DNA of 32,000 nt. It comes from Modicisalibacter tunisiensis. GTDB lineage: Bacteria > Pseudomonadota > Gammaproteobacteria > Pseudomonadales > Halomonadaceae. The notes below the pieces were generated by a model. That model had not been told where the DNA came from. It was given only the letters and a program-made list of their open reading frames with translations, and did not search any database. Shown here piece after piece: positions 6,868 to 15,188 of the stretch. The position numbers and the translations under genes were made by a program. How positions within the stretch are numbered: the stretch's first letter is position 1; each line of letters begins with the position of its first letter. The DNA lies in the NCBI RefSeq assembly GCF_020148005.1, contig NZ_JAGXFD010000001.1:348320-380319 (forward strand), read 5' to 3'.

Positions 6868-7776
6868 TCAGTTCGGCGATGCCCGGCCGACTCGCCCGGC
6901 GAACGCCGCCAGCGATGGATGATGCCACAGCGGCGTGACCGGCGTACGCGGGGCGTCGCTCACCGTGCCCGGCGCGAGAGGACCGCCGGGGAAGTGGAAG
7001 TCGCTGCCCCGGGACGCCAGCAGGCCACGCTCGGCGAGCTGGCGGGCCAGGTCGCGGGTCTCGTCGGGATTCTGGAAGCCGCTGAGCAACTCCGCCCCCT
7101 CGCCGCCGGCCGCGGCGAAGTCGTCGAGCAGCAGGCCGCGCTTGCGTCGGGTCAGCTTGTAGCGTAGCGGATGTGCCAGCACCGCGACGCCGCGCGAGGC
7201 GCGTATCCAGCCCAGCGCCTCGCCGAGGTACGGCCAGTGCATCTTGACGTCGCCGCGCTTGCCGGCCCCCAGATAGCGCTTGAAGGCGGCGGCGATGTCC
7301 GGCACCACGCCGGCCTCGACCAGCGCCCGGGCGAAGTCCGGGCGTCCCAGCGGGCGTTCCTCCGTCACCCCGGCCCGAGCCCGCGCCAGGGCATCATCGA
7401 GCCCCACCGCCTCGAGCCGCCGGGCGATCTCGAGGTTGCGCGCCTCGCGGGCCTCGGCCTGGGCGGCCAGCCCCTCGCGCATGGGCGCCAGCGCCCCCTC
7501 GGGCAGGTAGCCCAGCACGTGCACGGTGAGCCCCCGCCACTGCACGGACAGCTCGGCGCCGGGCAGCAGCGTCAGCCCCAGGCGCTCGGCCGCGGCCGCG
7601 GCCGCGGCCACGCCGGCCACGCTGTCGTGGTCGGTCAGGGCCACATGGGTCAGCCCGCGCGACTGACACAGCGCCATCAACGCCGCCGGCGAGAGCGCGC
7701 CGTCGGAGGCGGTGGAATGCATGTGCAGGTCGACGCCGGGGGCGGCGAGAGTATCGGGAAGCGAGATCATCGGCAT
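6868..7776 (-). CDS. trpH: PHP-domain phosphoesterase TrpH/YciV (RNase AM family)
   Basis: VDLHMHSTASDG and ALTDHDSVAG are PHP metal-binding motifs. The 302-aa length is typical for the family. Confidence 0.85.
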   Translation of the reverse strand: MPMISLPDTLAAPGVDLHMHSTASDGALSPAALMALCQSRGLTHVALTDHDSVAGVAAAAAAAERLGLTLLPGAELSVQWRGLTVHVLGYLPEGALAPMREGLAAQAEAREARNLEIARRLEAVGLDDALARARAGVTEERPLGRPDFARALVEAGVVPDIAAAFKRYLGAGKRGDVKMHWPYLGEALGWIRASRGVAVLAHPLRYKLTRRKRGLLLDDFAAAGGEGAELLSGFQNPDETRDLARQLAERGLLASRGSDFHFPGGPLAPGTVSDAPRTPVTPLWHHPSLAAFAGRVGRASPN

Positions 7777-7864
7777 GACGCCGTCGGGCGTCTTTGTCAG
7801 AATGGAGTCTCATGTTGCGGCCCCGCACCCCGCGGGTCAACGCCGCGCCCGTCAGGACCCTGCC

Positions 7865-8416
7865 ATGAAACTGCTCTTCGAATTCCTGCCCATCGCGCTG
7901 TTCTTCGCGGTCTACCAGTTCAGCGGCGACATCGTGCTGGCCACGCTGGTGCTGATCCCGGCGAGTCTCGCCCAGGTGGGCTTCCAGTGGTGGCGCACCC
8001 GCCGGCTCGAGACCATGCAGCTGGTCACCCTGGGGCTGATCGTGGTGCTCGGCGGCGCCACGGTGGTGTTCAAGAACGCCGCCTTCATCCAGTGGAAGCC
8101 GACCGTGGTCAACGCCCTGTTCGCGGTGGCCTTCCTGGTGTCACCGTATTTCGGCGGCCAGCCGCTGGTCCAGCGCATGATGGGGCGCGCCATCGCCCTG
8201 CCCGCGGCGATCTGGCAGCGCCTCAACCTGGCCTGGGTGGTATTCTTCATCGCCATGGCGGTACTCAACGTCGTGGTCTTCAAGACCTTCGACGAGGCCA
8301 CCTGGGTCGACTTCAAGCTGTTCGGCATGCTCGGCCTGACCCTGGCGTTCATTCTCGCCCAGGGGGTGTACCTGAGCCGCCATGCCGAGGCCGCGCCCGG
8401 CGGTCAGGACCGCTGA
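7865..8416 (+). CDS. yciB: Intracellular septation protein A (YciB/IspZ)
   Basis: The track ORF 7712..8416 is trimmed to ATG at 7865 (MKLLFEFLPIALFFAVYQF...). It is colinear with E. coli YciB, including the NLAWVVFFI segment. Confidence 0.85.
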   Translation: MKLLFEFLPIALFFAVYQFSGDIVLATLVLIPASLAQVGFQWWRTRRLETMQLVTLGLIVVLGGATVVFKNAAFIQWKPTVVNALFAVAFLVSPYFGGQPLVQRMMGRAIALPAAIWQRLNLAWVVFFIAMAVLNVVVFKTFDEATWVDFKLFGMLGLTLAFILAQGVYLSRHAEAAPGGQDR

Positions 8417-8449
8417 GGCGCCCGTCATTCCCAAGGAGACAAGCCAATC

Positions 8450-8749
8450 ATGCTCTACGCCATCCTCAGTGAAGACGTCAAGGACAGCCTGGAAAAGCGC
8501 AAGGCCGCCCGCCCCGACCACCTCGCGCGCCTCGAGAAGCTGCGCGACGAAGGCCGCCTGGTGCTGGCCGGCCCGCACCCGGCGGTCGACGCCGAGGACC
8601 CGGCCGACGCCGGCTTCACCGGCAGCCTGGTGGTCGCCGAGTTCGACAGCCTCGCCGACGCCCAGGCCTGGGCCGATGCCGATCCATACATGATCGCCGG
8701 CGTCTACACCCGGGTCACCGTCAAGCCGTTCAAGAAGGTCCTGCCCTGA
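8450..8749 (+). CDS. yciI: YciI family protein
   Basis: This 99-aa protein ([17 protein letters not shown]...[24 protein letters not shown]) is closely colinear with E. coli YciI. Confidence 0.9.
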   Translation: MLYAILSEDVKDSLEKRKAARPDHLARLEKLRDEGRLVLAGPHPAVDAEDPADAGFTGSLVVAEFDSLADAQAWADADPYMIAGVYTRVTVKPFKKVLP

Positions 8750-8757
8750 CCGAGCGA

Positions 8758-8820
8758 CCCCGGCCGGCCGCCCCGGCCGGCCGCCCCGGCCGGCCGTGCC
8801 TGACCGGCCGTGCCTGACCG
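8758..8820. repeat. GC-rich tandem repeats: CCCCGGCCGGCCG x3, then TGCCTGACCGGCCG followed by a truncated copy
   Basis: The repeats are read directly: 8758..8770, 8771..8783, 8784..8796, 8797..8810 and 8811..8820. The block is flanked by the direct repeat CCTGACCGAG at 8745..8754 and 8813..8822. Confidence 0.9.
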
Positions 8821-8847
8821 AGATCAGGCTTTGGCGATATCGCCCTT

Positions 8848-8903
8848 CCCGCCACTGGGCGCCCACCCGCTCCCGCCACTATGCTGACAGTCCCGCCCGC
8901 CAC
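8848..8903 (+). repeat. CCCGCCAC(T) x3 at an exact 24-bp period upstream of phaC
   Basis: The copies start at 8848, 8872 and 8896. They are preceded by the perfect 12-bp palindrome GGCGATATCGCC at 8833..8844. Confidence 0.8.
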
Positions 8904-8918
8904 CCGCCGGAGACCGTC

Positions 8919-10757
8919 ATGGCCGAAGCCCGTCCCGATGACACGCCCCCCGAAACGCTCGACCTCGGCGACAGCCACGCCGAGCCGCCCCGCCACCCGG
9001 TCGCCCCCTTCTCGCCTCTGGCCCTGCCGCCGCTGCCCGGGTACTACACGGCGCGGGCGCTGGACCGGGCCTTCAAGGCCAATCTGGCGCGGGTGACGCT
9101 GGGCATCAGCCCCGCGGGGCTGGCCAGCAGTTACGTCGAGTGGCTCAGCCATCTCGTGCTGTCGCCGGGCAAGCAGCTCGAGCTGCAGGAAAAGGCGATG
9201 CGCAAGTGGCTGCGCCTGGCGGTCCACACCGGCCAGCTGGCCTCGAAGGGCCCCACCGCGCCCTGCATCGAGCCGCTGTCCCAGGACCACCGCTTCGATG
9301 ACCCGGCCTGGGGGCAGTGGCCCTACACGCTGATCTATCAGGGCTTCCTGCTCAACCAGCAGTTCTGGCACAACGCCACCACCGACATCGACGGCCTCTC
9401 GCCCCACACCGAGCGGGTGGTGTCGTTCATCGCCCGGCAGATGCTCGACCGCTGGTCGCCCTCCAACCTGCCGTGGATCAACCCCGAAATCACCCGTACC
9501 ACCCTCGAGCAGGGCGGCATGAACCTGGTGCGTGGCTGGCAGAATGCCGTCGAGGATGCCGAGCGCCGCTTCAGCACCCGGCCCCCGGTGGGTGCCGAGG
9601 ACTTCCGCGTCGGCGAGAACCTGGCGATCACCCCCGGCAAGGTGGTCTATCGCAACCACCTGATCGAGCTGATCCAGTACACCCCGACCACGAAAACCGT
9701 GAAGGCCGAACCCGTGCTGTTCGTGCCCGCCTGGATCATGAAGTACTACATCCTCGACCTGTCGTCGGACAACTCGCTGGTGCGCTACCTGGTCGACCAG
9801 GGACACACGGTGTTCATGATCTCCTGGCGCAATCCGACCTCGGCGGATCGCGACCTGAGCATGGAGGACTACCGGCGCCTGGGGCCGATGGCCGCGCTGG
9901 ACGTGATCGGCGCCATCGTGCCCGAGCGGCGTGTGCATGCGGTGGGCTACTGCCTGGGCGGCACCCTGATGTCGATCGCCGCGGCGGCGATGGCCCGCGA
10001 CGGCGACGAGCGGCTGGCCTCGCTGACCACCCTGGCCACCCAGGTCGACTTCACCGAGGCCGGCGAGCTGATGCTGTTCATCAGCGACAGCGAGGTCGCC
10101 TACCTCGAGAACATGATGTGGGACCAGGGCTACCTGGCCGGCGACCAGATGGCCGGCGCCTTCCAGCTGCTGCGCTCCAACGACCTGATCTGGTCGCGGG
10201 TGGTGCACGACTACCTGCTCGGCGAGCGCCAGCCGATGAGCGACCTGATGGCCTGGAACGCCGACCTCACCCGCATGCCCTACCGCATGCATTCGGAGTA
10301 CCTGCGCCGGCTGTTCCTGGGCAACGAACTGGCCGCCGGGCGCTACACGGTGGGCGGCCGGCCGGTGGCGATCAGCGACATCCGTGTGCCGATCTTCGCC
10401 GTGGGCACCCGCAAGGACCACGTCGCCCCCTGGCACTCGGTGTACAAGATCCATCTGCTGGGCGATGCCAGCGAGGTCACCTTCCTGCTCACCAGCGGCG
10501 GGCACAACGCCGGCATCATCAGCGAACCGGGCCACCCGCATCGCACCTTCCAGTGCCGCACCCATCTCGACGACACGCCCTACATCGACCCCGACACCTG
10601 GCAGCAGATCGTGCCTCGCCAGACGGGCTCCTGGTGGCCGGCCTGGCAGGCCTGGCTGGTGGAACGCTCCTCGGGGGAAGTGGCGCCGCCGGCGATGGGC
10701 GCCGAGGCGTTCCCGCCGCTGATGGACGCGCCGGGGTGCTACGTGCTCCAGCCCTGA
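8919..10757 (+). CDS. phaC: Class I poly(3-hydroxyalkanoate) synthase
   Basis: The track ORF (GTG at 8796) is trimmed to ATG at 8919, though the start is uncertain. The lipase-box G-Y-C-L-G-G carries the catalytic Cys. The alpha/beta-hydrolase core is about 612 aa. Confidence 0.9.
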   Translation: MAEARPDDTPPETLDLGDSHAEPPRHPVAPFSPLALPPLPGYYTARALDRAFKANLARVTLGISPAGLASSYVEWLSHLVLSPGKQLELQEKAMRKWLRLAVHTGQLASKGPTAPCIEPLSQDHRFDDPAWGQWPYTLIYQGFLLNQQFWHNATTDIDGLSPHTERVVSFIARQMLDRWSPSNLPWINPEITRTTLEQGGMNLVRGWQNAVEDAERRFSTRPPVGAEDFRVGENLAITPGKVVYRNHLIELIQYTPTTKTVKAEPVLFVPAWIMKYYILDLSSDNSLVRYLVDQGHTVFMISWRNPTSADRDLSMEDYRRLGPMAALDVIGAIVPERRVHAVGYCLGGTLMSIAAAAMARDGDERLASLTTLATQVDFTEAGELMLFISDSEVAYLENMMWDQGYLAGDQMAGAFQLLRSNDLIWSRVVHDYLLGERQPMSDLMAWNADLTRMPYRMHSEYLRRLFLGNELAAGRYTVGGRPVAISDIRVPIFAVGTRKDHVAPWHSVYKIHLLGDASEVTFLLTSGGHNAGIISEPGHPHRTFQCRTHLDDTPYIDPDTWQQIVPRQTGSWWPAWQAWLVERSSGEVAPPAMGAEAFPPLMDAPGCYVLQP

Positions 10758-10873
10758 GCGATTGTTCCACAACCGGCTTTCATTCACAGACACTGTGGAA
10801 AACCCTGTTGAAACCCCGCGGACGGGTGTCGACAGCCCATGACGTTCGCCGCCTGGCTTCGATCGGGTAAAAT

Positions 10874-12940
10874 TTGACCAATCGATTGCCACGTCACCGG
10901 AGTTTCCGCTTGTCTTCATCCCCGGATGCCACGTCCCTGCCGCCGCTGGCGGCACTGGACGCCCCCGCCCTGGAGTGGCGCCACGCCGCCGGCGAGGCGG
11001 CCGCGCCGCACTCGCTGGCCTTCGACGACGTCTACTTCTCGCGTCAGGACGGCCGCGCCGAGACCGAGCACGTCTTCATCCGCGCCAACCGGCTGCCCGA
11101 GCGCCTGGCCGCCTGGCAGGAACGCCGCCCCTTCGTGATCGGCGAGACCGGCTTCGGCACCGGCCTCAACATGCTCTGCGCCTGGGCCTGCTTCCGCGAG
11201 CACGCCGCCCCCGGCGCCCGGCTGCATCTCGTCTCCACCGAATGTTTCCCGCTCGCCCGCGACGACCTGGCCCGCGCCCTGGCTGCCTGGCCCGATCTCG
11301 CGCCGCTGGCCGCCCGGCTGATCGCCCAGTGGCCCGAGCCGTTGCCCGGCGTGCACCGGCTGTGGCTGGACGCGCGCGTCGTGCTCGACCTGCACTTCGG
11401 CGACAGTGCCGCGGCGCTTGCCCAGCTCGACGGGCGGGTGGACGCCTGGTTTCTGGATGGCTTCGCGCCCAGCAAGAACCCCGAAATGTGGCACCCGGCG
11501 CTGTTCACCGCCATGGCCGCGGCCAGCCGCCCGGGGGCGAGCGTAGCCACCTTCACCTGCGCGGGGGTGGTCAAGCGCGGCCTCGAGGCCGCGGGCTTCG
11601 CCTGGCGCAAGGTGCCCGGGTTCGGCCGCAAGCGCGAGATGCTCGTCGCCGAGCTGGCCGACCCGCCGGTGGATGACGCCCGTCGGGCCACACCCTGGTT
11701 CCAGCCTCCCGGCCCCCGGAAGGCCGAGCACGTGGCGGTGATCGGCGCGGGGTTGGCGGGCGCCGGTGTCGCCCACGCCCTGGCCCGGCGCGGCGTGGCG
11801 GTGACATTGATCGACCGCGAGGGGCCGGCCGCCGGCGCCTCCGGCAATCGCCAGGGCGCGCTCTACGTCAAGCTCGCCGCCGAGACCAATCGGCAGAGCC
11901 GCTTCTATCTCGCCGGGCTGCTGCACACCCGGCGCTGGCTCGCCGCCCTCGATCCCGACCGCACCCTGTGGCAGGACTGCGGCGTGCTGCAGCGCGCCAC
12001 CGGCGAGCGCGAGACACGGCGTCAGCGGCGCTTTCTCGACAATCATCCGCTGCCCGTGGCGGTGGTCACGGGGCTCGATGCCGAAGCCGCCAGCCGGGCC
12101 ATCGGCTGGCCGCTGGAGACGGGCGGGCTGGACTATCCACAGGCGGGCTGGGTGGACCCGGCGGCGCTGTGCCGGCGGCTGGCCGACACGCCGGGCATCG
12201 CCTTCCGTCACGGCGAGGTGGCGACGCTGAACGCCGCGGATGACGGCTGGTCGCTGGGGTTCGCCGACGGCACCACTCTCGCGGCCGATCAGGTGGTGAT
12301 CGCCACCGCCGCCGAGGGCACACGCCTGGCCCAGACCGCCGACCTGCCGTTGCAGGCGATTCGCGGCCAGGTCACCCACCTGACGCTGCCCGCGTCGGCA
12401 CCGCGACCGCGCCAGGTGGTGTGTGCCGGCGGCTACCTGCCGCCGCCCGTGGGCGACGCCCTGACCTTCGGTGCCACCTTTCACCCCAACGTGGCCGACA
12501 CGGCCGTGCGCGAGGCCGACCACGCCGCCAACCTGGCCGAACTGGAGCGCACCCTGCCGGGCTATGTCGCGGCGCTGCGCGAGGCCGGGATCGATCTCGA
12601 CCCGGCGCGGCTGGAAGGCCGCGCGGCGGTGCGCGCCGCCAGCCCCGACAAGACGCCCTATGCCGGGCCGGTGCCCGATGCCGCGGCCTGGCGCCGCGAC
12701 TATGCCGCATTGAGCAAGGATGCCCGGCGCCGGGTGCCGGAGACGCCCGGGCGGCATCATCCGGGGCTGTGGATCAGCGCCGCCCACGGCTCGCGGGGGC
12801 TGGCCAGCACGCCGCTGTGCGCCGAGCTGATCGCCTCGCGGATCTGCGACGAGCCGCTGCCGCTGCCCCGGGTACTGGCCGATCACCTGCATCCCGGGCG
12901 GCGGCTGATCGCCGAGCTGATTCGTGGCGCGGCCCGCTGA
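10874..12940 (+). CDS. mnmC: Bifunctional tRNA cmnm5s2U34 oxidoreductase / mnm5s2U34 methyltransferase
   Basis: The N-terminal methyltransferase part (FDDVYFS, GFGTGLN, DAWFLDGFAP) and the C-terminal FAD/DAO part (VAVIGAGLAGAGVAHALARRG) are colinear with E. coli MnmC. The start is uncertain: TTG at 10874, or TTG at 10910, which has GGAG 7 nt upstream. Confidence 0.9.
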   Translation: MTNRLPRHRSFRLSSSPDATSLPPLAALDAPALEWRHAAGEAAAPHSLAFDDVYFSRQDGRAETEHVFIRANRLPERLAAWQERRPFVIGETGFGTGLNMLCAWACFREHAAPGARLHLVSTECFPLARDDLARALAAWPDLAPLAARLIAQWPEPLPGVHRLWLDARVVLDLHFGDSAAALAQLDGRVDAWFLDGFAPSKNPEMWHPALFTAMAAASRPGASVATFTCAGVVKRGLEAAGFAWRKVPGFGRKREMLVAELADPPVDDARRATPWFQPPGPRKAEHVAVIGAGLAGAGVAHALARRGVAVTLIDREGPAAGASGNRQGALYVKLAAETNRQSRFYLAGLLHTRRWLAALDPDRTLWQDCGVLQRATGERETRRQRRFLDNHPLPVAVVTGLDAEAASRAIGWPLETGGLDYPQAGWVDPAALCRRLADTPGIAFRHGEVATLNAADDGWSLGFADGTTLAADQVVIATAAEGTRLAQTADLPLQAIRGQVTHLTLPASAPRPRQVVCAGGYLPPPVGDALTFGATFHPNVADTAVREADHAANLAELERTLPGYVAALREAGIDLDPARLEGRAAVRAASPDKTPYAGPVPDAAAWRRDYAALSKDARRRVPETPGRHHPGLWISAAHGSRGLASTPLCAELIASRICDEPLPLPRVLADHLHPGRRLIAELIRGAAR

Positions 12941-12950
12941 GACGGGCCGC
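12929..12950. terminator. Hairpin GCGGCCCG-ctgaga-CGGGCCGC spanning the mnmC stop, between convergent mnmC and bdhA
   Basis: A perfect 8-bp stem is visible. No U-tract follows on either strand. Confidence 0.3.
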
Positions 12951-12967
12951 CGGGGCAGGCGTGATGC

Positions 12968-13771
12968 CTACTGCATGAACCAGCCGTGGCTGACCACGAT
13001 CGACTGGCCGGTCAGTGCGCTGGAGGGGAAGGTCGCCAGGTAGAGCGCCGTCTCGGCGACGTCCTCGACGGTGGTGAACTGCTTGTCGACGGTGTCCTTG
13101 AGGAACACCTTCTCGACCACCTCGTCCTCGCTCATGCCGTGCTCGCGGGCCTGGTCGGGAATCTGCTTCTCCACCAGCGGGGTCTTCACGTAGCCCGGGC
13201 AGATGGTGTTGGCGCGGATGCCGTACTCGGCGCCCTCCTTGGCCATGGTCCGGCACAGGCCCAGCAGGCCATGCTTGGCGGTGACGTAGGGCGACTTCAT
13301 CGCCGAGGCTTCATGGGAGTGCACCGAGCCCATGTAGATCAGGCAGCCGCCGCCATCCTGGGTCATCATCTGGCGGAAGGCCGCACGGGTCGACAGGAAG
13401 CTGCCGTCGAGCTGGATATTGGTGACCTTCTTCCAGTTGTCGTAGGACAGCTTGTGGATCGGCTCGACGTGCTGCGAGCCGGCGTTGGCGATCATCACGT
13501 CGAGCCGCCCGTAGGCGTCGATGGCCTCCTTGAAGGCGGCCTCGACCTGCTGCTCGTCGGTGACATCGGCGCCCACTCCCAGCGCCGTGCCGCCCTGTTC
13601 GGTCAGCTCGCGGGCCGTGGCCCGGGCCGCCTCGCGGTCGAGATCGAGGATCACCACCCGGGCGCCCTGCTCGGCGAACAGCGTGGCGATCTGCTTGCCG
13701 ATGCCGCTGGCGGCGCCGGTGATCAAGGCGACCTGATTCTGGAGTCGATTCTGCGCGGGATGCGATGACAT
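12968..13771 (-). CDS. bdhA: 3-hydroxybutyrate dehydrogenase (SDR family)
   Basis: The ORF is trimmed to ATG at 13771 (MSSHPAQNRLQNQVALITGAASGIGK...). It has the TGxxxGIG Rossmann motif and the YVTAK catalytic Y-x3-K. The C-terminal GQSIVVSHGWFMQ is typical of BdhA. Confidence 0.85.
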   Translation of the reverse strand: MSSHPAQNRLQNQVALITGAASGIGKQIATLFAEQGARVVILDLDREAARATARELTEQGGTALGVGADVTDEQQVEAAFKEAIDAYGRLDVMIANAGSQHVEPIHKLSYDNWKKVTNIQLDGSFLSTRAAFRQMMTQDGGGCLIYMGSVHSHEASAMKSPYVTAKHGLLGLCRTMAKEGAEYGIRANTICPGYVKTPLVEKQIPDQAREHGMSEDEVVEKVFLKDTVDKQFTTVEDVAETALYLATFPSSALTGQSIVVSHGWFMQ

Positions 13772-13817
13772 GCTGGCTTTTCTCCTCGGTTGATCCATCG
13801 GGACGCGGCCGGCCGCG

Positions 13818-14960
13818 TCACTCGAACGGCACATCGGTCAGGTCCTCGAGGTGGCCGTCCAGATTGCTGCGATAGCTGCAGACGTTGGCGCCGATCTCGT
13901 CGCTGACCGGATCGCGCCGACAGGGGCAGATCGCCAGCGCGCCCTTCATGTCATGATACCCGGCGCGCCAGCGCTCCATGATAGTCGAATAGGAGAAGTC
14001 GATATCCTTCTGCGCGGTCTCCGCCTCGCGGGCCGGCGCCAATAGCCGCACGATGTTGACCGGTGACTGGCGGGCGAGCTCCAGCAGCGCGGCGACGTCA
14101 TCGTCATCGCGGACGGCGTCGGGCAGATGCTTGCCCAGCTTGCGCAACGCCTCCCGCAGGCGGTTGATCTCCTTGAGAAAGTGCAGGTTGTGGCCGGCCC
14201 GGGTGGCGTACTGGATGTCCTTCTCGCGATGCATGGCATCGCTGATGGTCTCGGGCACCGGGCCGCGCGGACTCCACAGGTCGATCACGTAGCAGTTGAT
14301 CGGCATGTCACTGCCCGGCCGTTCACTCTCGAGCACGTAGTCGATCGGCGTGTTGGAACACAGGCCGCCGTCCCAGTAGGCCTCGCCGTCGATCCAGACC
14401 GGCGGGAAGGCCGGCGGCAACGCGCCGCTGGCCATCACGTGGCGTGCCGAGAGCGGCTCGTCGTGGCTGTCGAAGTAGCGCATCGCGCCGCGGCTGATGT
14501 TGACCGCACCGACGCTCAGCCGCTTGCCGTCCTGAAGGTTGCGGGTACCGAGCCGCTCGAAGTCGACCAGCGCCTCCAGGGTCCGCTCGAGCGGGGTGAC
14601 GTCGTAGAAGCTCGGCGGCGTGCCCCACCAGTTGTGGGTCAGGGGAATCTCCCACGCGGGGCGCGGGCGAAAGAACCCCGGGACGCCGGTGGTCAGCGCC
14701 AGGAACTTGGCCAGCTCGGTCTCGTAGTGCTCGAGCGCCACGCCGCGGCTCGACGACGGCTGGGCGACACGGGTCCAGAAGGCCTCCAGCCGGGCGAGCA
14801 CGTCGCGACGGCGGTTGCCGGCGATCAGTGCGCCGTTGATGGCACCGATCGAGGTGCCCACCACCCAGTCGGGCTCGATGTCGGCTTCGCTGAGCGCCTG
14901 ATAGACACCCGCCTGATAGGCCCCCAGGGCACCACCGCCCTGGAGGACCAGGATGTTCAT
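13818..14960 (-). CDS. Patatin-like phospholipase family protein (with a DUF3734-like C-terminal region)
   Basis: The GGGALG oxyanion motif, the GTSIG nucleophile elbow (GxSxG) and the DGG catalytic Asp motif are all present. The start may be ATG at 14960 (MNILVLQGGG) or ATG at 14972. Confidence 0.85.
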   Translation of the reverse strand: MNILVLQGGGALGAYQAGVYQALSEADIEPDWVVGTSIGAINGALIAGNRRRDVLARLEAFWTRVAQPSSSRGVALEHYETELAKFLALTTGVPGFFRPRPAWEIPLTHNWWGTPPSFYDVTPLERTLEALVDFERLGTRNLQDGKRLSVGAVNISRGAMRYFDSHDEPLSARHVMASGALPPAFPPVWIDGEAYWDGGLCSNTPIDYVLESERPGSDMPINCYVIDLWSPRGPVPETISDAMHREKDIQYATRAGHNLHFLKEINRLREALRKLGKHLPDAVRDDDDVAALLELARQSPVNIVRLLAPAREAETAQKDIDFSYSTIMERWRAGYHDMKGALAICPCRRDPVSDEIGANVCSYRSNLDGHLEDLTDVPFE

Positions 14961-15007
14961 GGGTCGTGCCATTTCACCCCCTGCGGCCCTTGGCGAGAGA
15001 CTCTCGG

Positions 15008-15046
15008 ATCGCGAGTCACTTCCGAATCGACCCCGCGACTCGCGAT
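15008..15046. promoter_or_regulatory. Perfect 10-bp inverted repeat ATCGCGAGTC-N19-GACTCGCGAT in the patatin / HlyD divergent region
   Basis: The repeat is read directly. Related GAGTCGC copies occur at 15086..15092 and 15179..15185. Confidence 0.3.
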
Positions 15047-15188
15047 GCGTTCCGTCATGGCGACGGTCTCTCCCTTCACTCTAGGGAGTCGCGTATTGCG
15101 CCGCAACATGCCAGCCCGGCAAAGGCGCCGTCCTTCCCGCGTGATTGGCGTCAAGACCGCGGGGGCGCGGCTGGGGTAGAGTCGCCCC

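Noticed and set aside
8758-8820. The tandem GC-rich repeats as a CRISPR array.
   Set aside because: The units are 13-14 bp long and directly abutting, with no spacers, and no cas genes are present.
10765-10800. The inverted repeat TTCCACA-N22-TGTGGAA after the phaC stop, considered as a terminator or operator.
   Set aside because: It has only 7 bp arms with a 22-nt loop and no U-tract, which is too weak to call a feature.
13818-14960. The patatin-like phospholipase as a defence effector (for example of the CBASS type).
   Set aside because: There is no cyclase, sensor or other defence partner gene nearby. Its neighbours are bdhA and housekeeping genes, and there are no mobile-element hallmarks.
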